Below, piece after piece: positions 21,900-32,284 of a DNA stretch of 64,000 bases. Location of the stretch: contig JAWPML010000001.1 in NCBI GenBank assembly GCA_033344915.1, positions 408,369 to 472,368 on the forward strand. Direction: 5' to 3'. The stretch's first letter is position 1, and every line of letters starts with the position of its first letter. This stretch comes from Acidimicrobiales bacterium. GTDB taxonomy: Bacteria > Actinomycetota > Acidimicrobiia > Acidimicrobiales > Aldehydirespiratoraceae. The translations under genes were made by a program, and so were the position numbers. The notes under the pieces are model-generated. The model saw nothing but the letters and a program-made list of their open reading frames with translations, ran no database searches and was not told the origin of the DNA.

Positions 21900-22544
21900 A
21901 TGATCGAAGCGGTGTGTTGGGACGTCGGCGGCGTGTTCTCGGGTCGGCCGGTCGATGCCGTCGCCCACCTCGCCGCAGAGCACGCCCTCGACCCGGACGA
22001 GGTGTTCACCGCGGTGTTCGGGCCGTATCACCTCGACGGCGACCACACCTGGCATCGGGTCGAGCGGGGTGAGATCCCGCTGAAGGAGGCGTGGGCCGAA
22101 GTGGAGGCGGCGGTCGCCGCGCTCGGCGTCGAGTTCACCCTGATGGACTTCTTCGCCCGGTTCGGCAACGACCCGGCTGATCGAACGGTGGTGACCGACA
22201 CCGTCCGGCGTCTCCACGGACGGGGGATCGCCCAGGCGATCATCACGAACAACGTGCGGGAGTTCTCGCAGTCCGACACCGGCGGATGGCACAGCATCGT
22301 GCCGATGGATCTGATGTCCGTCGTGATCGACAGTTCGGCGGTCGGGATGCGCAAGCCCGACCCCGCGATCTATCACCACACGCTCGGCGAGTTGGGCGTT
22401 GCGCCGGAGCGGGCGGTGTTCCTCGACGACATGGACGCCAACGTGGCGGCCGCTCGCGGCATCGGCATGCACGGCATCGTCGTCGGTGCGGATCCTGCGA
22501 CGGCGATGGACGAGTTGGTGGCCCTCGTCGACCGGCTCAGTTGA
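21900..22544 (+). CDS. HAD superfamily hydrolase
   Basis: N-terminal D-x-G motif variant (CWDVGGV), and distal FLDDMDANV. Confidence 0.7.
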   Translation: MIEAVCWDVGGVFSGRPVDAVAHLAAEHALDPDEVFTAVFGPYHLDGDHTWHRVERGEIPLKEAWAEVEAAVAALGVEFTLMDFFARFGNDPADRTVVTDTVRRLHGRGIAQAIITNNVREFSQSDTGGWHSIVPMDLMSVVIDSSAVGMRKPDPAIYHHTLGELGVAPERAVFLDDMDANVAAARGIGMHGIVVGADPATAMDELVALVDRLS

Positions 22545-22962
22545 CGGTGAACGACCACTCCACGTCGAGCAGTTCGCCCGGACGTTGGAGGTCCTCGAAG
22601 ATGATCTGGACGCAGTTGGCGTCAGGCGCCAGCTGGGTGACGGGCTTGCCTTCGTCCGGCTGATAGACGAAGAGGTTGAGGCCCTCGGTGTAGCGGCCGA
22701 AGTCGACGACCTCGACCGGCGTGGTGCAGCGAGCATCGGACGAGATCGTCATCGACCGGACGACGTAACCCGGTTCGAGGTCGATGCCGACCCGTTGTTG
22801 CTGGAGCACTTCGTCGCCCCGTTCGGGGATGAGCCCCTCGATGCCGGGGATCCGCAGCGCCGCGTCCGGCGGGTCGCTGCGGCCGATCAGCCCCGCCACC
22901 ACGAAGAACCCGATGCCGGTCAGGACCATCGCCGCGAAGATGAGCTGCTGTTTGCGCTGCAC
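22537..22962 (-). CDS. membrane-anchored hypothetical protein
   Basis: Single N-terminal TM (LIFAAMVLTGIGFFVVAGLI) and a soluble beta-rich domain with two Cys. Confidence 0.55.
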   Translation of the reverse strand: MQRKQQLIFAAMVLTGIGFFVVAGLIGRSDPPDAALRIPGIEGLIPERGDEVLQQQRVGIDLEPGYVVRSMTISSDARCTTPVEVVDFGRYTEGLNLFVYQPDEGKPVTQLAPDANCVQIIFEDLQRPGELLDVEWSFTVN

Positions 22963-23047
22963 GGCGACAATCCTCGCAGATCCGGCCGGACAATCTCGTG
23001 CCGGGGGGAGCCACCGTCCGTGGTCGGGCGGCTTGTACGTTGTCGCG

Positions 23048-24916
<1,869 letters not shown>

Positions 24917-24923
24917 GGCCGAG

Positions 24924-25376
24924 TCAGTCCTCGGGCTTGGCGGTGATGTCGTCGATCCGGCGCACGACCTCGCGGGCGAGCGACGTGGACTCGGACTCGG
25001 GATCCGGCGGCGCCGCCATGCCGGCGAGGCCGAGGATCTTCGACGAGTCACCGGTGAGCTTCACCTGACCACCCACGAGGATCGTCATCAGTTGTTGCGG
25101 GTCGCGATCGACGAAGATCTGGTGGGCGACCTCGTAGGTGGCCTCGAGCGCGAAGTCGCCGTCGTCGAGATGGCCGAGCTCCAGGGTGATGGCGCCGCCG
25201 CTCGTGTCGATGTGCCCGACGATGGTCGATTCGGCGAACGGCGCGTCGGTGATGGTGACGTTGGCCCTGATCGGGAAGTCCGACGACGGGATCCGGTCGC
25301 GGTACTCGTCGCGGATCTCGGTGACGGCCTCGATCCAGGCGGGGCTCAGAAACGGGTGGGGTGACACGAAGGGCAC
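24924..25376 (-). CDS. SCP2 sterol-binding-domain protein
   Basis: SPAWIEAV...MTILVGGQVKLTGDSSKILGL resembles SCP2-like proteins. GTG start is at 25376 or 25367. Confidence 0.6.
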   Translation of the reverse strand: MPFVSPHPFLSPAWIEAVTEIRDEYRDRIPSSDFPIRANVTITDAPFAESTIVGHIDTSGGAITLELGHLDDGDFALEATYEVAHQIFVDRDPQQLMTILVGGQVKLTGDSSKILGLAGMAAPPDPESESTSLAREVVRRIDDITAKPED

Positions 25377-25424
25377 GATAACCCCCCGGGGCGTCCGGGC
25401 ATCTGCTGCGTATCCTCTGTCTCC

Positions 25425-25727
25425 ATGTCTGAACGAATCACCCGCGGCGACGTGGAGCACGTCGCCCGGTTGGCCCGCCTGGAGCTCACCGACGAGGAGA
25501 TCGACCTCTTCACCGGCCAGCTCGGCGACATCCTCGAGCACGCGGCCGACATCGAGGCGCTCGACGTCGGCGACATCGCGCCGACCTCGCACCCGTTGCC
25601 GATCGTGAACGTGCTGCGCCCCGACGAACTCGTGCCGTCACTCGACCGTGACGAGGTGCTCGACCAGGCCCCGCTCGCGGAGTCCGGGCAGTTCCGGGTG
25701 CCGCCGGTGCTGGGGGAGGAGCCGTGA
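25425..25727 (+). CDS. gatC: Asp/Glu-tRNA amidotransferase subunit C
   Basis: VEHVARLARLELTDEEIDLFTGQLGDILEH. Lies first in the gatCAB operon. Confidence 0.93.
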   Translation: MSERITRGDVEHVARLARLELTDEEIDLFTGQLGDILEHAADIEALDVGDIAPTSHPLPIVNVLRPDELVPSLDRDEVLDQAPLAESGQFRVPPVLGEEP

Positions 25728-27166
25728 GCGCGCTCGACATCGCGGCCGCAGTGCGGGCCGGCGAGCGCCGCGCGGTCGATGTCCTCGACGAACACCTCGC
25801 CCGCATCGAAGCCGGCGACGGCGCCATCCACGCGTTCAACCTCGTGACCCCGGATGCGGCCCGCACGGAGGCCGAAGCGGTCGACGCGGCCGTCGCCCGG
25901 GGCGACGACCCGGGCCCGCTCGCCGGGGTGCCCGTCGCTCTGAAGGACAACATGTGCACGCGGGGCATCCCCACCACGTGTTCGTCGAAGATCCTGGAAG
26001 GCTGGCAGCCGCCCTACGACGCCACGGTCGTGACTCGACTCCGGGCGGCCGGCGCGGTCGCCGTCGGCAAGACGAACCTCGACGAGTTCGCGATGGGCTC
26101 GTCCACCGAGAACTCCGCCTTCGGCCCCACGCACAACCCGCGGGATCTCACCCGCGTGCCCGGCGGGTCGAGCGGGGGCACGGCGGCATCGGTCGCCGCC
26201 GACTTCACGCCCCTCGGGATCGGGAGCGACACGGGTGGATCGATCCGCCAGCCCGCCGCGTTCTGCGGTGTCGTCGGCATGAAGCCGACCTATGGCGCCG
26301 TCAGCCGCTACGGACTGATCGCCTTCGCCTCGTCGCTCGACCAGATCGGCCCGTTCGCGAACTCGGTGGCCGACGCCGCCGCGATGTTCGACGTGATCGC
26401 CGGGCCCGACCCGCTCGATTCCACGTCCATCCGGGACTACTCGCCGGGCGCGTCGAACGCGCTCGAGCGGGGCGTCGACGGCCTGCGGGTCGGCATCATC
26501 CGCGAGCTGTCCGGCGGGGCCGGCACCGTCGACGGCCTGTCGCCCGATGTGCTCGCCCGGACCCGGGAAGCGGTCGAGGCCCTCGCCGCGGCCGGCGCCA
26601 CGGTCGAGGAGATCTCGGTGCCCTCCGCCACGCTCGGTCTCAGCGCCTACTACCTGGTCGCGCCGGCCGAAGCGTCCAGCAACCTCGCCCGCTACGACGG
26701 TGTGCGCTACGGCCTGCGGGTCGACGCGCCGACGACCGGGGAGATGAACACCGCCAGCCGCACCGCCGGGTTCGGACCCGAGGTGAAGCGGCGCATCATG
26801 CTCGGCACCTACGCCCTGTCGGCGGGCTACTACGACGCGTTCTACGGCAAGGCGCTGAAGGTGCGCACGATGATGCTGCGCGAGTTCGCCGAGGCCTACG
26901 AGAAGGTCGACGTGCTCGTCACGCCGACGGCGCCGACCACGGCGTTCCCGCTGGGGGAGCGGACGGCGGATCCGATGATGATGTACGTCAACGACGTCTG
27001 CACCATCCCCTCGAACCTCACCGGCCACCCCGGGATCTCGGTGCCGTACGGCGTCGGCGACGATGGTCTGCCGGTCGGCGTGCAGGTGCTCGCCCCGGCG
27101 CTCGGCGACGAACTGACGTTCCAGGTCGCCGCGGTGCTCGAAGCCGCCGCGGGAGGTGCGTCGTGA
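25724..27166 (+). CDS. gatA: Asp/Glu-tRNA amidotransferase subunit A
   Basis: Amidase signature GGSSGGTAASVA..GSDTGGSIRQPA. 4-nt overlaps on both sides. Confidence 0.95.
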   Translation: MSALDIAAAVRAGERRAVDVLDEHLARIEAGDGAIHAFNLVTPDAARTEAEAVDAAVARGDDPGPLAGVPVALKDNMCTRGIPTTCSSKILEGWQPPYDATVVTRLRAAGAVAVGKTNLDEFAMGSSTENSAFGPTHNPRDLTRVPGGSSGGTAASVAADFTPLGIGSDTGGSIRQPAAFCGVVGMKPTYGAVSRYGLIAFASSLDQIGPFANSVADAAAMFDVIAGPDPLDSTSIRDYSPGASNALERGVDGLRVGIIRELSGGAGTVDGLSPDVLARTREAVEALAAAGATVEEISVPSATLGLSAYYLVAPAEASSNLARYDGVRYGLRVDAPTTGEMNTASRTAGFGPEVKRRIMLGTYALSAGYYDAFYGKALKVRTMMLREFAEAYEKVDVLVTPTAPTTAFPLGERTADPMMMYVNDVCTIPSNLTGHPGISVPYGVGDDGLPVGVQVLAPALGDELTFQVAAVLEAAAGGAS

Positions 27167-28635
27167 CCGATTTCTTCGCCGATGCCGCCACGGACGACAC
27201 GCCGATCGAACCGGCGCTGCCCGATGGATGGGAGCTGGTCGTCGGCCTCGAGGTGCACGTCGAGCTCGACACGGCCACCAAGCTGTTCTGCGGGTGTGCG
27301 AACCGCTTCGGGTCCGAGCCCAACACGAACGTCTGCCCGACCTGTCTCGGTCTGCCCGGCTCGCTGCCGGTCATGAACGAGCATGCCGTCGAGCTGGCGA
27401 TGCGTCTCGGCCGTGCCCTCGGGTGCGACGTGAACCGTTCTGTCATGGCCAGGAAGAACTACTTCTACCCGGACATGCCGAAGGACTTCCAGACAACCCA
27501 GTACGACCAGCCGACCAACACGGACGGCCGCGTCGTGCTCGGTGACGGCTTCGTCGTCGGCATCGAGCGGGCTCACATCGAAGAGGACACCGGCAAGTCC
27601 ACTCATGTCGGCGGTGGCGGTCGGATCAACGACGCCGAGTACTCGCTCGTGGACTACAACCGGGCCGGCGTCCCCCTCGTCGAGATCGTGAGCCGCCCGG
27701 ATGTGCGGACGATCGAGCACGCCAAGGCCTATGTCGAGGAGTTGCGGGGAATCCTGCTCGCCACCGGCGTGTCCGACGCGCGGATGGAGGAAGGGTCGAT
27801 GCGGGTCGACGCGAACGTGTCGGTGCGGCCCCACGGGTCCGCCGAACTGCGCACCCGCTGCGAGATCAAGAACATCAACTCGGTGCGTTCGCTCGGCCGC
27901 GCCATCGAATACGAGGCGCGCCGCCACATCGATCTGTGGACGAACGACGGCGCCCCCGATCAGGAGACCCGGCACTGGGACGAGGAGGGCGGACGCACCA
28001 CGTCCGGTCGTTCGAAGGAGGACGCGGACGACTACCGCTACTTCCAGGAGCCCGATCTCGTTCCCCTCGAGCCGAGTGCCGAGACCATCGCCGCCATCGA
28101 CGCGGCGATGCCACCGCTTCCGGCGGCTCGACGGGCCGCGCTCGTCGAGGCGTCGGGGGTCGACGCCAGCGCGGTCGGGATCGTGGTCGAACGCGGGCAG
28201 GACGGGTTGGCCCTGGCGGCCATCGAGGCAGGTGCGGACCCGGAGAAGGTCGTCACCCGACTCGTGAACGATCTCGCCGTCGAGGACTGGTCGAAGGTCG
28301 AGGGTGAGGCGTTCGCCGAGCTGATCCGCATGGAGTCCGCCGGCGAGCTGAGCGCCACGCAGGCCAAGCAGATCCTCGGCGACCTCGTCGAACAGGGCGG
28401 AAGTCCGGCCGATCACGCGGCCGCCCGTGGCTTCGAGGCGATGGACACCGGCGAGCTCGAGTCCCTCGTCGACCAGCTCATCGCCGACCATCCCGACGAA
28501 TGGGCCCGTTTCACCGGCGCCGACGACGGCGACCGCAAGAAGATGCAGGGCTTCTTCACCGGCCAGATCATGAAGGCCACGAAGGGTCAGGCCGACGGCA
28601 AGGCCGTCGCCCAACTCCTCGCCCAGAAGTCCTAA
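27163..28635 (+). CDS. gatB: Asp/Glu-tRNA amidotransferase subunit B
   Basis: GLEVHVELDTATKLFCGC...N..VCP.CLGLPGSLPV and a GatB/YqeY C-terminus. GTG overlaps the gatA stop. Confidence 0.95.
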   Translation: MTDFFADAATDDTPIEPALPDGWELVVGLEVHVELDTATKLFCGCANRFGSEPNTNVCPTCLGLPGSLPVMNEHAVELAMRLGRALGCDVNRSVMARKNYFYPDMPKDFQTTQYDQPTNTDGRVVLGDGFVVGIERAHIEEDTGKSTHVGGGGRINDAEYSLVDYNRAGVPLVEIVSRPDVRTIEHAKAYVEELRGILLATGVSDARMEEGSMRVDANVSVRPHGSAELRTRCEIKNINSVRSLGRAIEYEARRHIDLWTNDGAPDQETRHWDEEGGRTTSGRSKEDADDYRYFQEPDLVPLEPSAETIAAIDAAMPPLPAARRAALVEASGVDASAVGIVVERGQDGLALAAIEAGADPEKVVTRLVNDLAVEDWSKVEGEAFAELIRMESAGELSATQAKQILGDLVEQGGSPADHAAARGFEAMDTGELESLVDQLIADHPDEWARFTGADDGDRKKMQGFFTGQIMKATKGQADGKAVAQLLAQKS

Positions 28636-28642
28636 AACCGGG

Positions 28643-28745
28643 AATCTCTGGTCACGAAAGGGTCGTTCCCAGGGGCCCTGGGCCGGCGATTTCGACCCTT
28701 TCGTGACCAGAGATTGCTCGGGGGTCAGAGATTCCTCGGGGGTCA
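28643..28745. repeat. palindromic intergenic element: perfect 23-bp inverted repeat (28643-28665 / 28693-28715) with palindromic loop, then tandem AGAGATT(G/C)CTCGGGGGTC x2
   Basis: aatctctggtcacgaaagggtcg and its exact reverse complement. It fills the convergent gatB/MATE intergenic region. The same unit recurs at 35347-35510. Confidence 0.9.
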
Positions 28746-30077
28746 GTGGCGGGTTGCGCCGGTGATCTGCCAGGCGGGGGTGCGGAAACGGAGGACGAGG
28801 GTGATCGCGCGGACGGTGATCCAGGCGTGGAGGCAGACCCAGAGCCAGCCGATGCCGGCGTCGACGGCAAGGACGAGGAGGGCGCCGCCGATCAGGACGA
28901 CGGCCGCCGTCCACATCGCCCAGGCGAGGTAGCGGAGGTCACCGGCGCCGATGAGGACGCCGTCGAGCGCGAACACGACACCGGCGACCGGCTGGGCGAG
29001 CGCGACATGGATGAGCAGGAACGTCGTGAGCCCGAGCACGGCTGGGTCCTCGGTGAACACGTGGGGGAGCACGGGCGACGTCACCAGGACCAGGGCACCG
29101 AGCGCGGCACCGCAGGTGAGCCCCCACTGCGTCATGCGCCGCCCGAGGGCGCGGGCCCGTCGCGGGTCGCCGGCACCGAGTTCGCGGCCGATCATCGCCT
29201 GCGCGGCGATCGCCACAGCGTCGAGCGTCAGCGCCATGAGGTTCCAGATCTCGAACGCGATCTGGTGCGCCGCTAGGTCGTCGTCACCGATACGGGCGGC
29301 GACGGCGAGGGTGATGGTGAGCGACCCGCGCAGCGCCGCCGTGCGCAGGAACAGGTCGACGCCGTCTCCCGCGACCTCACGGATGACGGCCGCGTCCGGG
29401 CGCAGGCCGACGCCCTGTCGTGCGACGGCCTGACGGATCCACCAGACGAACACCCCGGCCGCCACCCACTGGGCGACGACGGTCGAGAGCGCGGAGGCGC
29501 CGATTCCCTGGTCGAACCCGTAGATCAGCACGAGTTCGAGCACGAGGTTGAGCAGGGCGGTCGCGAGCGCGACGTAGAACGGGCGGGCGGTGTCCTGGAG
29601 CCCGCGTAGGTACCCCACGCCGGCGAGGCCGATGAGCATCGCGGGCACGCCGAACAGGCTGATCCGGAGATAGACCTCCGCGTTCGCGGCGACCTCCCCC
29701 GTGCCGCCCATCGCCGAGATCAGCGACGGCCCGGCGGCCAGTCCGGCGAGGAGGAGGCCGACACCTACGAGGCCGGCGAGCCACAGCGACTGCACGGCCT
29801 GATGGGCGGCTCGGCGGTGCTCGCCGGCGCCGAGCAGGCGGGCGACCGCCGAGGTCGTCCCGTACGCGAGGAAGATGAAGACGGCGTGGCCGATCAGCAG
29901 CAGCGACGACGCGAGGGCGAGCCCGCCGAGTTGGGCGGTGCCGAGCCGACCGACGACCGCCGTGTCCGCGAGGATGTAGAGCGGTTCGGCGACCAGGGCT
30001 CCCAGAGCGGGGAAGGCGAGACGTAGAATCTCGCGGTCGTCGGGGGTCCACCACGCTCGACGACTCGGGGAGGCCAT
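28743..30077 (-). CDS. MATE family efflux transporter
   Basis: 12-TM-like protein. N-terminal ILRLAFPALGALVAEPLYILADTAVVGRLG is typical of MATE/DinF proteins. Confidence 0.85.
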   Translation of the reverse strand: MASPSRRAWWTPDDREILRLAFPALGALVAEPLYILADTAVVGRLGTAQLGGLALASSLLLIGHAVFIFLAYGTTSAVARLLGAGEHRRAAHQAVQSLWLAGLVGVGLLLAGLAAGPSLISAMGGTGEVAANAEVYLRISLFGVPAMLIGLAGVGYLRGLQDTARPFYVALATALLNLVLELVLIYGFDQGIGASALSTVVAQWVAAGVFVWWIRQAVARQGVGLRPDAAVIREVAGDGVDLFLRTAALRGSLTITLAVAARIGDDDLAAHQIAFEIWNLMALTLDAVAIAAQAMIGRELGAGDPRRARALGRRMTQWGLTCGAALGALVLVTSPVLPHVFTEDPAVLGLTTFLLIHVALAQPVAGVVFALDGVLIGAGDLRYLAWAMWTAAVVLIGGALLVLAVDAGIGWLWVCLHAWITVRAITLVLRFRTPAWQITGATRH

Positions 30078-30172
30078 GGGGTCGCAGGGTATTGCCGTCT
30101 GGTTCGTAGCGGCGCCCGGGCCACTAGCGTCCCCACGACCCGGACCATGTTCGCCGCCGAGAGTGCCCTGCC

Positions 30173-32284
30173 GTGACCGACTCGCCCACCCAGACCGCGC
30201 CTGACGCGGCCGCGGCGCGCAAGCGGTTCAAGTACATCCCCGCGCTCGACGGCATGCGGGGGTTCTGGGTCGTCTTCGGGCCGCTGCTCTACCACGCCCG
30301 TCCCGAGAGCGTGCAGGGCGGTCCGGACATCCTGCCCGGCGGCATCCTCGGCGTGGACATGTTCTTCGTCCTCTCGAGCTACCTGATCACCGGGATCGCG
30401 CTCAACGAGATCGAGTCGACGGACCGGATCGACCTCGTCGCCTACGCGGGGCGACGGGTCCGGCGACTCTTCCCGGCGCTGTTCACGCTCATCGCCTTCC
30501 TCGCCCTGTACCTGGCGCTGAGCGATCCCGATCTCGTTCCCCGTTGGACGGGTGCGATGGTGTCGGCGCTGCTCTACGTCGCCAACTGGTACGAGATCGG
30601 CAGTGGCGTCGACTACTTCGAGCAGTGGACCAACCCGTCGCCGCTGAAGCACGTCTGGTCGTTCTCGATCGAGGAACAGTTCTATCTCTTCGCGCCCCTG
30701 TTCATCATCGCCCTGCACCGCTGGTTCCCCAGCCGGTTCCGGCAGGCCCTGCTGATCACCTCGGTAGCGGGCGCCCTGCTCTCGGCCTGGTGGATGTCAC
30801 GGGTCCACACCGACGTCGACTCGATCAGTCGGGCGTACTACGGCACCGACACCCGGGCCCAGGCGTTCTTCGTGGGCATCGCGATGGCCGTCATGGTGCG
30901 CATGTGGGGACCCGTCCGCAGCGCGCTCAACAGCAGGCTCGTCGCCGTCCTCGCCTACCCCGCGACGATCTGGTTCTTCTGGGCGGTCACGAACGTGTCG
31001 GAGCGCGATGCGTGGATGTTCGACCAGGGCGGATTCCTGCTCGCCGCGGTGATGTCGGCGATCATCCTCCACGGACTGTCGCAGGACGCGCCGTGGAGCC
31101 CGCTGCACCGGATCTTCGAGTCGCGGCCGTTCATCTACGTCGGCCGGATCAGCTACGGGCTGTACCTGTACCACTGGCCGGTGTACCTGCTCGTCACCCG
31201 CGAGCGGGCGAGCCGGTGGACGGGCATCGAGGATCCGAGCGGCTACGTCCTGCTCGCGATCCATCTGGTGATCACCTTCATGGTGGCCATCGCGTCGTTC
31301 CACCTGATCGAGCAGCCGTTCACGAAACGGCGGTTCCCCTGGACCGGCGTCTCGCTCGACATGCGCAATGGCGCGCTGGCCGGCGCGATCGCCATCATCG
31401 CCATCCTCGGCGGACTGCTCTGGGCGAACAGCGACCGTCCGAACGACATCGAGCAGGTGATCATCGAGGTGCCGGTCGAAGCCGACGACGAGGTCGACTT
31501 CGGACGCGACGACATCGCGGGCGCGGACGTCGGCGAAGGGATCGACAACGACGCCGCGCTGAACGCGGACGACACCGACGCGCCCCGGATCCTCGTCGTG
31601 GGCGATTCGGTGATGGCGCAGATCGGCTGGGCGCTGCACCTCTACGGCGAGGACACGGACGCCGATGTCGTCGTGTTCAACGAGAGCCACCTCGGCTGTG
31701 GCGTCGTGCGCTACGGCGACAAGCGGGTGAACGAGACGGACGAGGGTCCCGTGGGCGACGTCTGTTCGAACTGGAACGTGCCGGTCGCTCCGCACGAGGT
31801 CGCGGCCGCCGAGGTCATCTCCTGGCCGACCGCCATCGAGCTGTTCCGCCCCGATGTCGTGCTCGCCCATGTGTCGTCGTGGGACGTCGCCGACCGCATC
31901 GTGCCGGGCGTGGCGGAGGACTGGGTGTCCATCGGCGACCCGGCCTACGACGCCTACGTGCTCGACGAGTACACGCTCGCCAACGAGGTGCTGACGGCCT
32001 CGGGCGCGGACGTCTACTGGATGATGTCGCCGTACCTGAACCGGGGACTGCTCCCCGAGGACCACCGGGACCGGGTCGACGGGATCAATGCCCTCGTCAC
32101 CGAGTCGATCGAGGCCGTCGTCGCCGAGACCGGGGCGTCCATCACGCAGATCGACTATCCGGGTTGGATCGGCCCCGTCGGCGAGGCGCGCGACGCCGAC
32201 CTGCGCGATGACGGTGTGCACCTCACCCAGGCCGGGCTCGACGAGATCGCGCCGTGGCTCCTCGCGGCGATGGGTCTCACGTGA
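30173..32284 (+). CDS. acyltransferase family 3 (OatA/OafA-like) membrane protein with C-terminal SGNH/GDSL-like domain
   Basis: N-terminal AT3 motifs (LDGMRGFWV, VDMFFVLSSYLI, HVWSFSIEEQFYL). C-terminal ILVVGDSVM...DDGVHLT (SGNH-type Ser and His blocks). Confidence 0.85.
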   Translation: MTDSPTQTAPDAAAARKRFKYIPALDGMRGFWVVFGPLLYHARPESVQGGPDILPGGILGVDMFFVLSSYLITGIALNEIESTDRIDLVAYAGRRVRRLFPALFTLIAFLALYLALSDPDLVPRWTGAMVSALLYVANWYEIGSGVDYFEQWTNPSPLKHVWSFSIEEQFYLFAPLFIIALHRWFPSRFRQALLITSVAGALLSAWWMSRVHTDVDSISRAYYGTDTRAQAFFVGIAMAVMVRMWGPVRSALNSRLVAVLAYPATIWFFWAVTNVSERDAWMFDQGGFLLAAVMSAIILHGLSQDAPWSPLHRIFESRPFIYVGRISYGLYLYHWPVYLLVTRERASRWTGIEDPSGYVLLAIHLVITFMVAIASFHLIEQPFTKRRFPWTGVSLDMRNGALAGAIAIIAILGGLLWANSDRPNDIEQVIIEVPVEADDEVDFGRDDIAGADVGEGIDNDAALNADDTDAPRILVVGDSVMAQIGWALHLYGEDTDADVVVFNESHLGCGVVRYGDKRVNETDEGPVGDVCSNWNVPVAPHEVAAAEVISWPTAIELFRPDVVLAHVSSWDVADRIVPGVAEDWVSIGDPAYDAYVLDEYTLANEVLTASGADVYWMMSPYLNRGLLPEDHRDRVDGINALVTESIEAVVAETGASITQIDYPGWIGPVGEARDADLRDDGVHLTQAGLDEIAPWLLAAMGLT

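Noticed and set aside
25346-28914. Very long minus-strand ORFs (25346..27028, 560 aa; 26896..28914, 672 aa) opposite gatA/gatB
   Set aside because: They are antisense to genes with unmistakable amidotransferase motifs. The translations are Arg/Gly/Pro/Asp-rich with no motifs, which is the typical open antisense frame of high-GC DNA.
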